Assembly (NCBI GenBank): GCA_029858305.1
Contig: JAOUFI010000020.1
Coordinates: 1-35,619, forward strand
Source of the DNA: Candidatus Thorarchaeota archaeon
GTDB lineage: Archaea > Asgardarchaeota > Thorarchaeia > Thorarchaeales > Thorarchaeaceae
Direction of reading: 5' to 3'
DNA length: 35,619 bases
Part shown: positions 27,641 to 35,619 of the stretch, one piece after another
Layout of the letters: each line of letters starts with the position of its first letter
Position numbering within the stretch: the stretch's first letter is position 1
Notes under the pieces: model-generated
What the model saw: the letters and a program-made list of their open reading frames with translations, nothing else
Databases searched by the model: none
What the model was told of the DNA's origin: nothing
Position numbers and translations under genes: made by a program

Positions 27641-29330
27641 TTAATTGAGTCCAGTTTTGGGAACCTTCACCCAAAGGGAACACATCTTCAAAACGTAAGA
27701 GTCGGCGAACCGATTTTGTTGAAATGATTGGCCAGAGGTAAAAATCCTCACGAATTGCCGCTTCAATAAGGGCGCTTTTCCAGTTTGTAGGCGCCGATAG
27801 AATTGCATACGCGCAATCATGTGTGTTTAGGATGGTTGTTTCAGGTGTCAAGTGGGCAAGCACTCTCATTTTCTTATAAGGACCTTTAATCAGAAAATCA
27901 TGATTAACACCAATATGGCTAAAATTTGGTAATAATACCAGAGCACCTTTCTCGACTAGATTTCGTACAATAAGTGGAGATCCTACTAGAGTATTGGAAA
28001 GAATAGACAAGTCACCTAGCACTAGACGCTCTAGAACTGCTATTTCTTTCTGCTCTAACATAGGTCTGTCTTTTAATTCCAGAGAGGCTTCAAACATAGT
28101 CTTTGCAGATTTTCTAATACCCATTTTCTCCAGTGCAAGTTGAATGACTGCCCTGCCGTGTGAGAGGGGCCCTCCCGTGAGTGGAAAAATATCTTCGATA
28201 TTCAGCCAATATTCGATTGAGTTGATAGCATTCTCATTGCTCTCTACAATCTCGAGAGATCCAGCTGTTGATCCCTCGAAATAATTTATTGAAGCCCATG
28301 AATCATCATGTGATTTATTGCTCATTGCTACCGAAAGCTCTATTCCGAGGGAGGTAGGATCGCAAAGAGCACGGGGAGATAGATGAATGCTCTCTAATAT
28401 ATGGCGCCGTTTAATTAATTGCTGCGGATTTTTCAATGATTTGCAGAATCCATCAATAGTATGATAATCTTCTGTACCAAGCGAAACAAACAGAGAATCG
28501 TGAATGACTTGTATCGATTTTTGCCAGTCATTGAAGTCAAGATCGAGAGGGATTTCACCCATTAGGGAAGTAAACCAAGGATACCCCTTTGGTGAATAGG
28601 TTGATGAATGGTTAACGAAATGGTTCAAGATGGGTTCCCAAATGCTCCCTTTGCTCTGTTTTTTCCATTCTTTATGCCAAGCAGTTCTTACTTCACCCTT
28701 GAGTAAAGAGAATGCTAGACCGTTTCCAATAGAGCTAGCGAATTCACTGCTCCATAGTTTCTTTTCAAAGAGTAATATAAATGCAGCTCGAAGTAAAAGA
28801 CCATCATTCCAACTCTTTGTAACCGTAGATTCCTCAAACATCAATTCATGATCGTCACTTATTTGGATTCCAAAGCTTTGTTCCTCTATGCCTTTCTCTG
28901 AGCGAGTAACAAAGATATCTGGAAATTCAGGTTCTTTCATGGCGAGAATTCTAGACACTCGCCGAATAGCTTTTCCAAGAGCATCACGCATTTCTTGTGT
29001 GGCTTCAATTCTAATTTCCTCAGGCGTCAACTGCTTGGGTTTCTCGAATTTAGCCAAAAGTTTGGAGCTTCTCCTCAAATTGTCATAGATTGTTAATTCC
29101 ATATTTTCTCCGATGGTCAACACGCCAGAAGCATTGAAGAAGTAGACACGCACGCGATCTCGAGAAAGCACCGCAACAAGGTAGAGAATACCTTTGAGCT
29201 CTCTGAAGTGTTTCCTCAAAACGCTTTCTTTAACACGAAGGACTTCGACCGCTGAAGCTCCTGTTTCCCTGAACTGTTTTTCCCCAAAACCTGCGATGGC
29301 TTTAGGTACTTCTCTCGAAATCTTCGACAA
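27633..29330 (-). CDS. Hypothetical protein (565 aa)
   Basis: Long ORF with a TTG start after GAGGAG; no clear family motif. Confidence 0.8.
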   Translation of the reverse strand: MSKISREVPKAIAGFGEKQFRETGASAVEVLRVKESVLRKHFRELKGILYLVAVLSRDRVRVYFFNASGVLTIGENMELTIYDNLRRSSKLLAKFEKPKQLTPEEIRIEATQEMRDALGKAIRRVSRILAMKEPEFPDIFVTRSEKGIEEQSFGIQISDDHELMFEESTVTKSWNDGLLLRAAFILLFEKKLWSSEFASSIGNGLAFSLLKGEVRTAWHKEWKKQSKGSIWEPILNHFVNHSSTYSPKGYPWFTSLMGEIPLDLDFNDWQKSIQVIHDSLFVSLGTEDYHTIDGFCKSLKNPQQLIKRRHILESIHLSPRALCDPTSLGIELSVAMSNKSHDDSWASINYFEGSTAGSLEIVESNENAINSIEYWLNIEDIFPLTGGPLSHGRAVIQLALEKMGIRKSAKTMFEASLELKDRPMLEQKEIAVLERLVLGDLSILSNTLVGSPLIVRNLVEKGALVLLPNFSHIGVNHDFLIKGPYKKMRVLAHLTPETTILNTHDCAYAILSAPTNWKSALIEAAIREDFYLWPIISTKSVRRLLRFEDVFPLGEGSQNWTQLTS

Positions 29331-29440
29331 TTGAAATTCTCCTCGAAATGGTATATTGAACCTCTAGATAAAAGCTAAGTCAAGACATGCCATATGCAAC
29401 AGCTTTAATTTCTTTCACCCATCAATAGGTGAGACTTATA

Positions 29441-29599
29441 ATGCTTCAATATGACTTCACTTTACTCTTCATCTGGTATGCAGTACCAATTGGACTTCTT
29501 GGATTAAGAGCTGCTCTTGCAGGCTATAAAGCATGGAAAAAAAGGGCTGAGCTGCGCCAACTTGAGAAGAAAATCACACCCTTTACCAGAGAGCTATAA
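29441..29599 (+). CDS. Small single-pass membrane protein (52 aa), absent from the ORF track
   Basis: MLQYDFTLLFIWYAVPIGLLGLRAALAGYKAWKKRAELRQLEKKITPFTREL*; AGGTGAG ribosome-binding site upstream of the ATG; TATA-like CTTTAATT at ~29403; the stop is 3 nt from the convergent gene. Confidence 0.72.
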   Translation: MLQYDFTLLFIWYAVPIGLLGLRAALAGYKAWKKRAELRQLEKKITPFTREL

Positions 29600-29602
29600 A
29601 TT

Positions 29603-30088
29603 TCAGCTCTCCAGTGGGGTAGATTCAGTATCTGGATACATTGGCATTAAAATATCCCTGGTTGGAGTGGTATTCATCACAACATCTAGAGTTTCCTCAT
29701 TCCTGAGAAGAATACAACCTAGAAATTCGTATTCAAATTTATCAAGTCGGATGTTGACCCCACGTCTTGGTATTTGAGTTAGAAGAAGGATAATTGAAAA
29801 ATTACCTCGTGGGAGCTGATTCAAAATTCCTCGTTTCATATCGGGCTCGAGCTCCCCCTCAAGTTGACGAGTCATCACACCGCGTTCGATGAAATTATAA
29901 CGAATCCTCTCAAAATCACCACTGGAACTTTTCTTCGGGCGAATGAACGAGATAGAATAGCCTAGGCGCTTTAATGAGTTATAGCCAATAAGGGTTCTGA
30001 AGAGAGGAGGACTGAGTGTGTCAAGTTCTACCTTGCGTAATTCTACTATTTCACCATCTCTTCGCACTTTCAAGTTCATTAGACTCAC
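29603..30088 (-). CDS. Hypothetical protein (161 aa)
   Basis: ORF fills the gap downstream of ogt with protein-like composition; no recognised motif. Confidence 0.7.
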   Translation of the reverse strand: MSLMNLKVRRDGEIVELRKVELDTLSPPLFRTLIGYNSLKRLGYSISFIRPKKSSSGDFERIRYNFIERGVMTRQLEGELEPDMKRGILNQLPRGNFSIILLLTQIPRRGVNIRLDKFEYEFLGCILLRNEETLDVVMNTTPTRDILMPMYPDTESTPLES

Positions 30089-30152
30089 TCATCCAATTCT
30101 ATCTAGTCCTATTGAGAATGAAACGCACCCCTATGTAAAGGATTCTGAGTAA

Positions 30153-30671
30153 TCAATCCGCGATAGCACCTTCTTTTGATAAAAGGGACTCCTTAAGATC
30201 AAGCCCACCTGTGTAACCACCAAGACCAGTTGTTGAAACGACTCTGTGGCATGGCACAATTGGTGCGAATCTATTGATAGCCATTACATTACCAACAAAT
30301 CTAGCCGCCCCAGGAAGGCCACTTTTCTGTGCCACGAGTCCATAGGTCCATGCCGAACCATATGGAATATTCAAAGTTGTTTTAAGGACTGCAATCTGTT
30401 TTGGTGTCAGATCTGAAAAATCTAGAGATGGACGCTTTTTCTCAGCATCTCTTACGCCATTGCATATTTCAATGACAGTATACAAGATGCGAAGGTATTC
30501 ATCATTCCTTACCTCAGGCAAATCAAAACCGCCCACAGCCTCGATGGCGTCATCTAGTGAACTACGGGGTAACGATGTAGCGTAGAGGCCCTTAGAAGTG
30601 AAGACTCCAGCCACATACTCATCCCCATGGTGTAGGATGGAAATAACCTTCCCACTCATTGATTCCGACAT
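30153..30671 (-). CDS. ogt: Methylated-DNA--protein-cysteine methyltransferase
   Basis: IPYG..TYG, AARFVGN, VPCHRVV and GLGGYTGG. Start is ATG 30671 or 30659; the track starts at 30710. Confidence 0.92.
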   Translation of the reverse strand: MSESMSGKVISILHHGDEYVAGVFTSKGLYATSLPRSSLDDAIEAVGGFDLPEVRNDEYLRILYTVIEICNGVRDAEKKRPSLDFSDLTPKQIAVLKTTLNIPYGSAWTYGLVAQKSGLPGAARFVGNVMAINRFAPIVPCHRVVSTTGLGGYTGGLDLKESLLSKEGAIAD

Positions 30672-30678
30672 CACCTTC

Positions 30679-31566
30679 TCAAAGTAATGCTTTGGCCCTC
30701 TTAAATTCAAACACTAATTTTGAACTCAATTCCGGATCACTCTTATTTGCTCCAAGAGGGATCCAGCCGCCATCTTTATTCTGAGTTTCAATGATTAGAG
30801 CAAGTCCGTTAACTAGAAGATTTCTTTCGATTTCAGACTTTGGTTTCCCAATAGCTGTTAAATCTACGACATCAAAAATCGACTTGCCCTCGAGGCTATC
30901 CTTCATGTGTTGGAGTAGAGCCACTCGACCATCTTCGAATACTTTGTTGTTCGAATTGATACCCATCGCGCTTAAACCAAGGAGTATGTTTCCTGTACCA
31001 AGAGGGTCTGAATATTTCTGATCTTTAAAATCTGGCCAGTGACCATCTTCATTTTGAGAATAAATCAAGAAGTCTCGAGCCCGGCGCAGACGCTCCTGGT
31101 CGTCATATTCAATCGAACAGAGTGCTTCTAGAGCCTTCCCCGTCAACCATGTTATACTTACACCAACTGGATACCATTCTCGTCCTACTTCACCCCATTT
31201 ATCTTCAATATAGGGGTCGAGTTTGAGCGATTCTGCGAATCCCCCATCATTTTTTTGTCGTGAAATGATGAATACTGTCATCGAACGCACAAGATCCTTG
31301 TATTGTGCCTTTAACTTCGAGATTAGTGTCAAAATCTCTGAGGTCTGTTTGACAGAACTGGGAGCGCCTCTAATGAATCCGAAAGGTATTCCTCCATCAG
31401 CATTCTGAAGACCACTCAAGTCTTTCATTATACTTTCCTGAATATCTGATGGAACCTTGTAGCCAGCTGTAATCAATCTCACCTTATCAGCGATATTTCC
31501 ATTCGATAATAAGTAGCTCTGAAAATCATAGTGGAGTTCATTTTCCATCTTTGTTAGGTCCTCCAT
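30679..31566 (-). CDS. Prenyltransferase/squalene-oxidase (QW) repeat protein
   Basis: Four repeats: LQNADGGI, RQKNDGGF, SQNEDGHW and TQNKDGGW. Confidence 0.82.
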   Translation of the reverse strand: MEDLTKMENELHYDFQSYLLSNGNIADKVRLITAGYKVPSDIQESIMKDLSGLQNADGGIPFGFIRGAPSSVKQTSEILTLISKLKAQYKDLVRSMTVFIISRQKNDGGFAESLKLDPYIEDKWGEVGREWYPVGVSITWLTGKALEALCSIEYDDQERLRRARDFLIYSQNEDGHWPDFKDQKYSDPLGTGNILLGLSAMGINSNNKVFEDGRVALLQHMKDSLEGKSIFDVVDLTAIGKPKSEIERNLLVNGLALIIETQNKDGGWIPLGANKSDPELSSKLVFEFKRAKALL

Positions 31567-31694
31567 TAAATGACTATGTAGCCCTAAAAAACGGGGTATG
31601 TAAAATGAGCGAAGACGAGTACCTGGATAATAGATAGTTCTTATTCATGCGATACATACTATTAGGAATACTCAATATTAAAGATATCAGTAGG

Positions 31695-31970
31695 TCACTC
31701 GCCCTCGTCTTCAAGCTCGAAGTACTCTAAAATCTCCTTTCTACGTTCACGCCGTTCGTCTTCTGTTAACTCCTCAGAGTAGCGTGACTCATTTTCAACA
31801 ACAACAATTTTTTCACGAGGAGAATGTTTTATTCGATATTCTACTTTGTAGGCAGGATCAGATTTTATTGGCTTCTCATGCCCACACTCTCGGCATTTTA
31901 GGACTGGTGTCTTCTGGCCTTCATCTTTCTTAGGAAGCATCAGTGCACCACATTTTTCGCAAAATTCCAC
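31695..31970 (-). CDS. TFS/RpoM (RPA12/RPB9/RPC11) family protein with only the N-terminal zinc ribbon
   Basis: MEFCEKCGALMLP...CRECGH zinc ribbon; GGGGTGAG upstream; acidic helical tail in place of the second ribbon. Confidence 0.88.
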   Translation of the reverse strand: MEFCEKCGALMLPKKDEGQKTPVLKCRECGHEKPIKSDPAYKVEYRIKHSPREKIVVVENESRYSEELTEDERRERRKEILEYFELEDEGE

Positions 31971-32171
31971 CTGTGACTCACCCCTGTTGATTGAGGTTCT
32001 CGCTCACGGTCTCAATATTCATTTAAGTTTGACGCTTTGGCTCTCACAGTGTATGTTTGGAACAAGATAAACTTGTAGACCAAAAGAAAGACTTATGATA
32101 GAGATGGTAAGTGCCCGCCAACAGCAGAGCCTTCAAATAATGTATTCAGGCTGAGCAAGGATGTATCTAAT

Positions 32172-33503
32172 ATGGTCAATGTAAAGCCATTCAAGGCCTT
32201 TAGATTTGATGAAACAATAGCAGGAAATCTATCGAATCTGGTGACACCACCCTATGATATTATCAAGGGGGATATGATCGATAGATTTCAATCAATGTCA
32301 GAATATAACATGGCATGGATCATTAAAAACAAACCAGAAAAAGGTGATTCATCATCTAACAATCAATACACAAGAGCCAAAGAGCATTTCACTAAATGGA
32401 TTAGTAAGGGCGCTTTAAAGCAAGATGATACTGAGTCGTTCTATGTTTATGGACAAGACTTTGAGATTGATGGCAAGAGGCTGTTTAGGTTTGGATTCAT
32501 CGGATTGATGGAACTTGAAGAGTTTGCAAAGGAAGCGCCCAGTAGTGGTAAGTTTGTAGGAGTTTTACAACACGAGGAGACACTACCCAAAGATATCGAG
32601 GATAGGCTCAATCTTTGTAGAAGTTGTATGGCAAATTTTGGCCAAATCTTTGTTATATATCCAGATCATGAAAAGAAAGTGGATACAATTCTCGAGAGGA
32701 ACATGAAGAATCATCCGGTTGGCGATGTTACTGATAATGATGGGATTCGACATAGACTCTGGAGAATTGTAGAGAGTGATGATTTGCAAGCAATCATAAA
32801 ATTGATGAAAGAGAAATACATCATCATTGCAGATGGGCATCACAGGTATAAAACTGCACTAGCACTCTCCAAGGAAAATCCAGAACTAGAGAGCGCAAAG
32901 TATAGAATGTTAACATTTGTAAGCATTTCAAATCCAGGTCTAGTTGTTTTGCCCACACATCGTGTTATACAGAATCTGAAAGATTTCTCTGGAGAAGGAT
33001 TACTCAAGGATATCAAAGAATATTTTGATCTAAATGTTTTCACTAGTAAAGAAAAAATGTTTGAACTACTCAATAAGAAATTCAAAGAGGGAAAACATTC
33101 ATTCGGCCTCTTCATCAATGATGGTAACTACTACGCTCTCACTTTGAGAGATATGAAGATAATGAATTCATTACTTCCTGACAAATCGCTGGAACTAAGA
33201 AAGCTTGATGTGGCAATTCTCCACACGCTAATTCTAGACAAAATGCTTGGTATTGATAGAGAAAAACTCGCCCAAGGCACTATGCAGGGTGGAGGTTATG
33301 TGTCATATATCAAGGGTATTGGCGATGCTGTGGATGAGTCTATCCAAAGCGTGAAGAATGGTGCACAAGCCGTCTTCTTTATGAACCCGACACGAGTTCA
33401 GGAAGTCGAGGCAGTTTCGAAGAATTTCGAGGTCATGCCTCAAAAGAGTACATTCTTCCAGCCTAAGGTGTGGACTGGATTCACGATAAACAAACTTCTG
33501 TGA
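32172..33503 (+). CDS. DUF1015 family protein
   Basis: VKPFKA, PPYDII, HEETL, IADGHHRY, PTHRV and MPQKSTFFQPK motifs. Confidence 0.92.
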   Translation: MVNVKPFKAFRFDETIAGNLSNLVTPPYDIIKGDMIDRFQSMSEYNMAWIIKNKPEKGDSSSNNQYTRAKEHFTKWISKGALKQDDTESFYVYGQDFEIDGKRLFRFGFIGLMELEEFAKEAPSSGKFVGVLQHEETLPKDIEDRLNLCRSCMANFGQIFVIYPDHEKKVDTILERNMKNHPVGDVTDNDGIRHRLWRIVESDDLQAIIKLMKEKYIIIADGHHRYKTALALSKENPELESAKYRMLTFVSISNPGLVVLPTHRVIQNLKDFSGEGLLKDIKEYFDLNVFTSKEKMFELLNKKFKEGKHSFGLFINDGNYYALTLRDMKIMNSLLPDKSLELRKLDVAILHTLILDKMLGIDREKLAQGTMQGGGYVSYIKGIGDAVDESIQSVKNGAQAVFFMNPTRVQEVEAVSKNFEVMPQKSTFFQPKVWTGFTINKLL

Positions 33504-33533
33504 GCGAAAGGAAAAATCAAGTAGGTGAATAGA

Positions 33534-34616
33534 TTGGCAAAGAGAGTATTCAACTTCTATGCAGGTCCTGCAACTCTTCCTCTGCCGGTTCTTGAGAAGG
33601 CAAAGGCTGAGTTCTTGGATTTTGCAGGTACGGGAATGTCTGTGATTGAGATATCACATCGTTCCAAGCAATGGGAAAAAGTCATGAATGAGGCGGACGG
33701 TCTTGTGAGAGAAATCATGGGAGTTCCCTCTGACTACAAAGTGATATGGCTTGGTGGTGGGGCATCGACTCAGTTCTTTATGACCCCATTGAACCTTCAA
33801 GTTCCAGGCAAACCAATGGAGTATGTCAGTACTGGTGGATGGTCACAGAAGGCAATTACAGAAGCTGGATTTTATGGACAAGTGAAAATAATTGCTTCCT
33901 CAGAGGAAAAGAATTTTTCATACATTCCCAAGAATGTCAGCTTCAGTGACAAGGCAGCTTTTGGGCATTTCACTAGTAACAATACGCTATATGGAACAGA
34001 ATGGCATTATTGGCCAAAGGTACCAAAAGATGTTCCACTTGTCTGTGATATGTCATCCGACCTGATGGCTAGGACAGTTAATGTCAAAGATTTTGGAGTC
34101 ATATACGGTGGAGCTCAAAAGAATCTTGGACCTGCAGGTGTTACTCTGATAATTGTAAGAGAGGACTTGCTGGGAAGAGTTCCGGAGAAAACACCGACCA
34201 TGTTAAAGTGGAGCACTCATGCAAAGGACTCAATGTACAATACACCGCCTGTTTTTGCAATATACATCTCCAAGCTTGCTCTTGAATACACCAAGGAAAT
34301 TGGTGGGGTTAAAGAGATTGAAAAACGAAACCGAGCCAAAGCAAAGCTTCTCTATGATGTGATTGATGGATCAAAAGGATTCTATAAGGGCCATGCTGAA
34401 CCTGATTCACGTTCACTCATGAATGTTACATTCACATTGAAAACCCCTGAACTAGAGCAGAAATGCGTTGATGAAGCAACAAAGCTCGACCTAATTGGAC
34501 TCAAAGGGCACCGTTCCGTTGGAGGAATGAGAGCCTCGATATACAACGCTATGCCACTTGAAGGCGTAAAGAAACTCGCTGAATTTCTGAAAGACTTCCA
34601 AGTAAGAAATCAATAG
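33534..34616 (+). CDS. serC: Phosphoserine aminotransferase (bacterial type)
   Basis: NFYAGPATLP, EISHRS, CDMSSD, GAQKNLGPAG, NTPP and GHRSVGGMRASIYNAM. TTG 33534 follows AGGTGA; the track starts at 33525. Confidence 0.96.
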   Translation: MAKRVFNFYAGPATLPLPVLEKAKAEFLDFAGTGMSVIEISHRSKQWEKVMNEADGLVREIMGVPSDYKVIWLGGGASTQFFMTPLNLQVPGKPMEYVSTGGWSQKAITEAGFYGQVKIIASSEEKNFSYIPKNVSFSDKAAFGHFTSNNTLYGTEWHYWPKVPKDVPLVCDMSSDLMARTVNVKDFGVIYGGAQKNLGPAGVTLIIVREDLLGRVPEKTPTMLKWSTHAKDSMYNTPPVFAIYISKLALEYTKEIGGVKEIEKRNRAKAKLLYDVIDGSKGFYKGHAEPDSRSLMNVTFTLKTPELEQKCVDEATKLDLIGLKGHRSVGGMRASIYNAMPLEGVKKLAEFLKDFQVRNQ

Positions 34617-34662
34617 ATTATATTGGAGGGCATCAACCCTCCAACTAACTATTTTGATGTGT

Positions 34663-34998
34663 TTAGATCTTCTTTTTTCGGGTGAATTTATCAACAGCTC
34701 CCTCTAGCAAGAGGGTCATTTCTTCTAGTTGAGAACTATCGATAAGACCTTTGTAAGTTCGTCTCATAATTGAACCGTTTACATTAACGTCCAAATTCCT
34801 CATTTTTCGCGCACCAAAGAAGGTCTTGAGAGCAGATGAAATCGGGATAAGGACTCCGCCAGGCAATCTACTTGAGAGAAAGTCCTCGCAGCAATGACAA
34901 TCAATCAGGATGATAGTATTCTCATGGTCAATAAGAACTTCAACAGGCATTTCTTTTTTCGAGTCCAATCGTAGAGTGAAATTGCCGAGCAGCTTCAT
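34663..34998 (-). CDS. Hypothetical protein (~111 aa) with a CHCC motif
   Basis: Likely start MKLLGNF (ATG 34998; track starts at 35085); contains IDCHCCED. Confidence 0.72.
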   Translation of the reverse strand: MKLLGNFTLRLDSKKEMPVEVLIDHENTIILIDCHCCEDFLSSRLPGGVLIPISSALKTFFGARKMRNLDVNVNGSIMRRTYKGLIDSSQLEEMTLLLEGAVDKFTRKKKI

Positions 34999-35285
34999 TT
35001 TACAGACCCTCAGACTTGATATACAACTACCTTCGATAAGTCTGATTTCCATATAAGACCTGCTCCGCGCATCCTGCCTTACCAAGGATTATCTGCCTTC
35101 CAAAATTAGATGGAAATTCTTAACTCACTTTATCCTTCGTCTCCTCACGATTGCATGCAGCAAAATCAACGCAGGCACATCAGAAAGTACCAATACAAAG
35201 ATAGTGTAATCCAGCTCCCCTCAATCTACACTTGTCAATCAAAAACCTATTAATTTATGCGAAAGACTAGATTGCGGGGATTTTT

Positions 35286-35618
35286 TCAGTCAAGTGGATT
35301 CTCATGCTCCCCATTAGATTCAAAGCCTCCATCTATTTTCGTATAACTAGGCTTCTTATCGGGCATGACGTTAGTTGATGCATAGAATTCTGGCCCTTCA
35401 TCATCACGAGAGATTTTTTGGCCTTCATAGAGGGATGTTCCAATACTTACTAGATATGAAACGGAGATACATATGACCAGAGGTATCACAAGATCGAAAG
35501 AGTGACTCATCTCAAGCATCATGATAGTAGTTGCAACTGGTGTATTCGTGTTTGCAGCAAGTACTGCACCCATCCCTAGAACTATGAAAGCCGGGACATT
35601 CTCAGGAAAGAAAAGCTC
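35286..35618 (-). CDS. 3' end (partial) of a ClC voltage-gated chloride channel family protein
   Basis: GMGAVLAANTNTPVATTIMMLEM...SLYEGQ; the frame stays open to the window end; no CBS domains follow. Confidence 0.85.
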   Translation of the reverse strand, partial: ELFFPENVPAFIVLGMGAVLAANTNTPVATTIMMLEMSHSFDLVIPLVICISVSYLVSIGTSLYEGQKISRDDEGPEFYASTNVMPDKKPSYTKIDGGFESNGEHENPLD

Positions 35619-35619
35619 T

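Noticed and set aside
29517-29777. 86-aa plus-strand ORF in the track
   Set aside because: It overlaps both the better-supported 52-aa ORF and the 161-aa minus-strand gene, and has no ribosome-binding site.
1-35619. CRISPR arrays, tRNA/rRNA genes, transposases or integrases
   Set aside because: I saw no regularly spaced repeats, cloverleaf/T-loop signatures or recombinase motifs by eye; a tRNAscan/Infernal run would be needed to exclude them fully.

Overview
Gene-dense archaeal chromosomal window. I infer an Asgard archaeon (Thorarchaeia-like) from the archaeal TFS-family protein, archaeal GTPBP1/2 homologue, GGTGA/GGAGG ribosome-binding sites, TATA-like promoters and a bacterial-type grpE-dnaK-dnaJ operon. 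It holds housekeeping genes (chaperones, sirtuin, CitG, glyoxylate reductase-like dehydrogenase, nitroreductase, ogt, DUF1015-serC, ClC channel fragment). A ~17 kb proteolysis-rich block encodes three architecturally different membrane-anchored S8 subtilases plus a TldD/PmbA pair. The most striking observation is that the subtilase at 15606..18488 resembles eukaryotic site-1 protease (S1P/SKI-1, MBTPS1) beyond its catalytic domain, judged by eye against my recollection of that sequence. Also notable are a small membrane ORF missed by the ORF track, structured leaders upstream of grpE and of the 1610-aa protease, a TFS paralogue lacking its C-terminal zinc ribbon, and a stand-alone prenyltransferase/squalene-cyclase-repeat protein. 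I saw no tRNA, rRNA, CRISPR array or mobile element.
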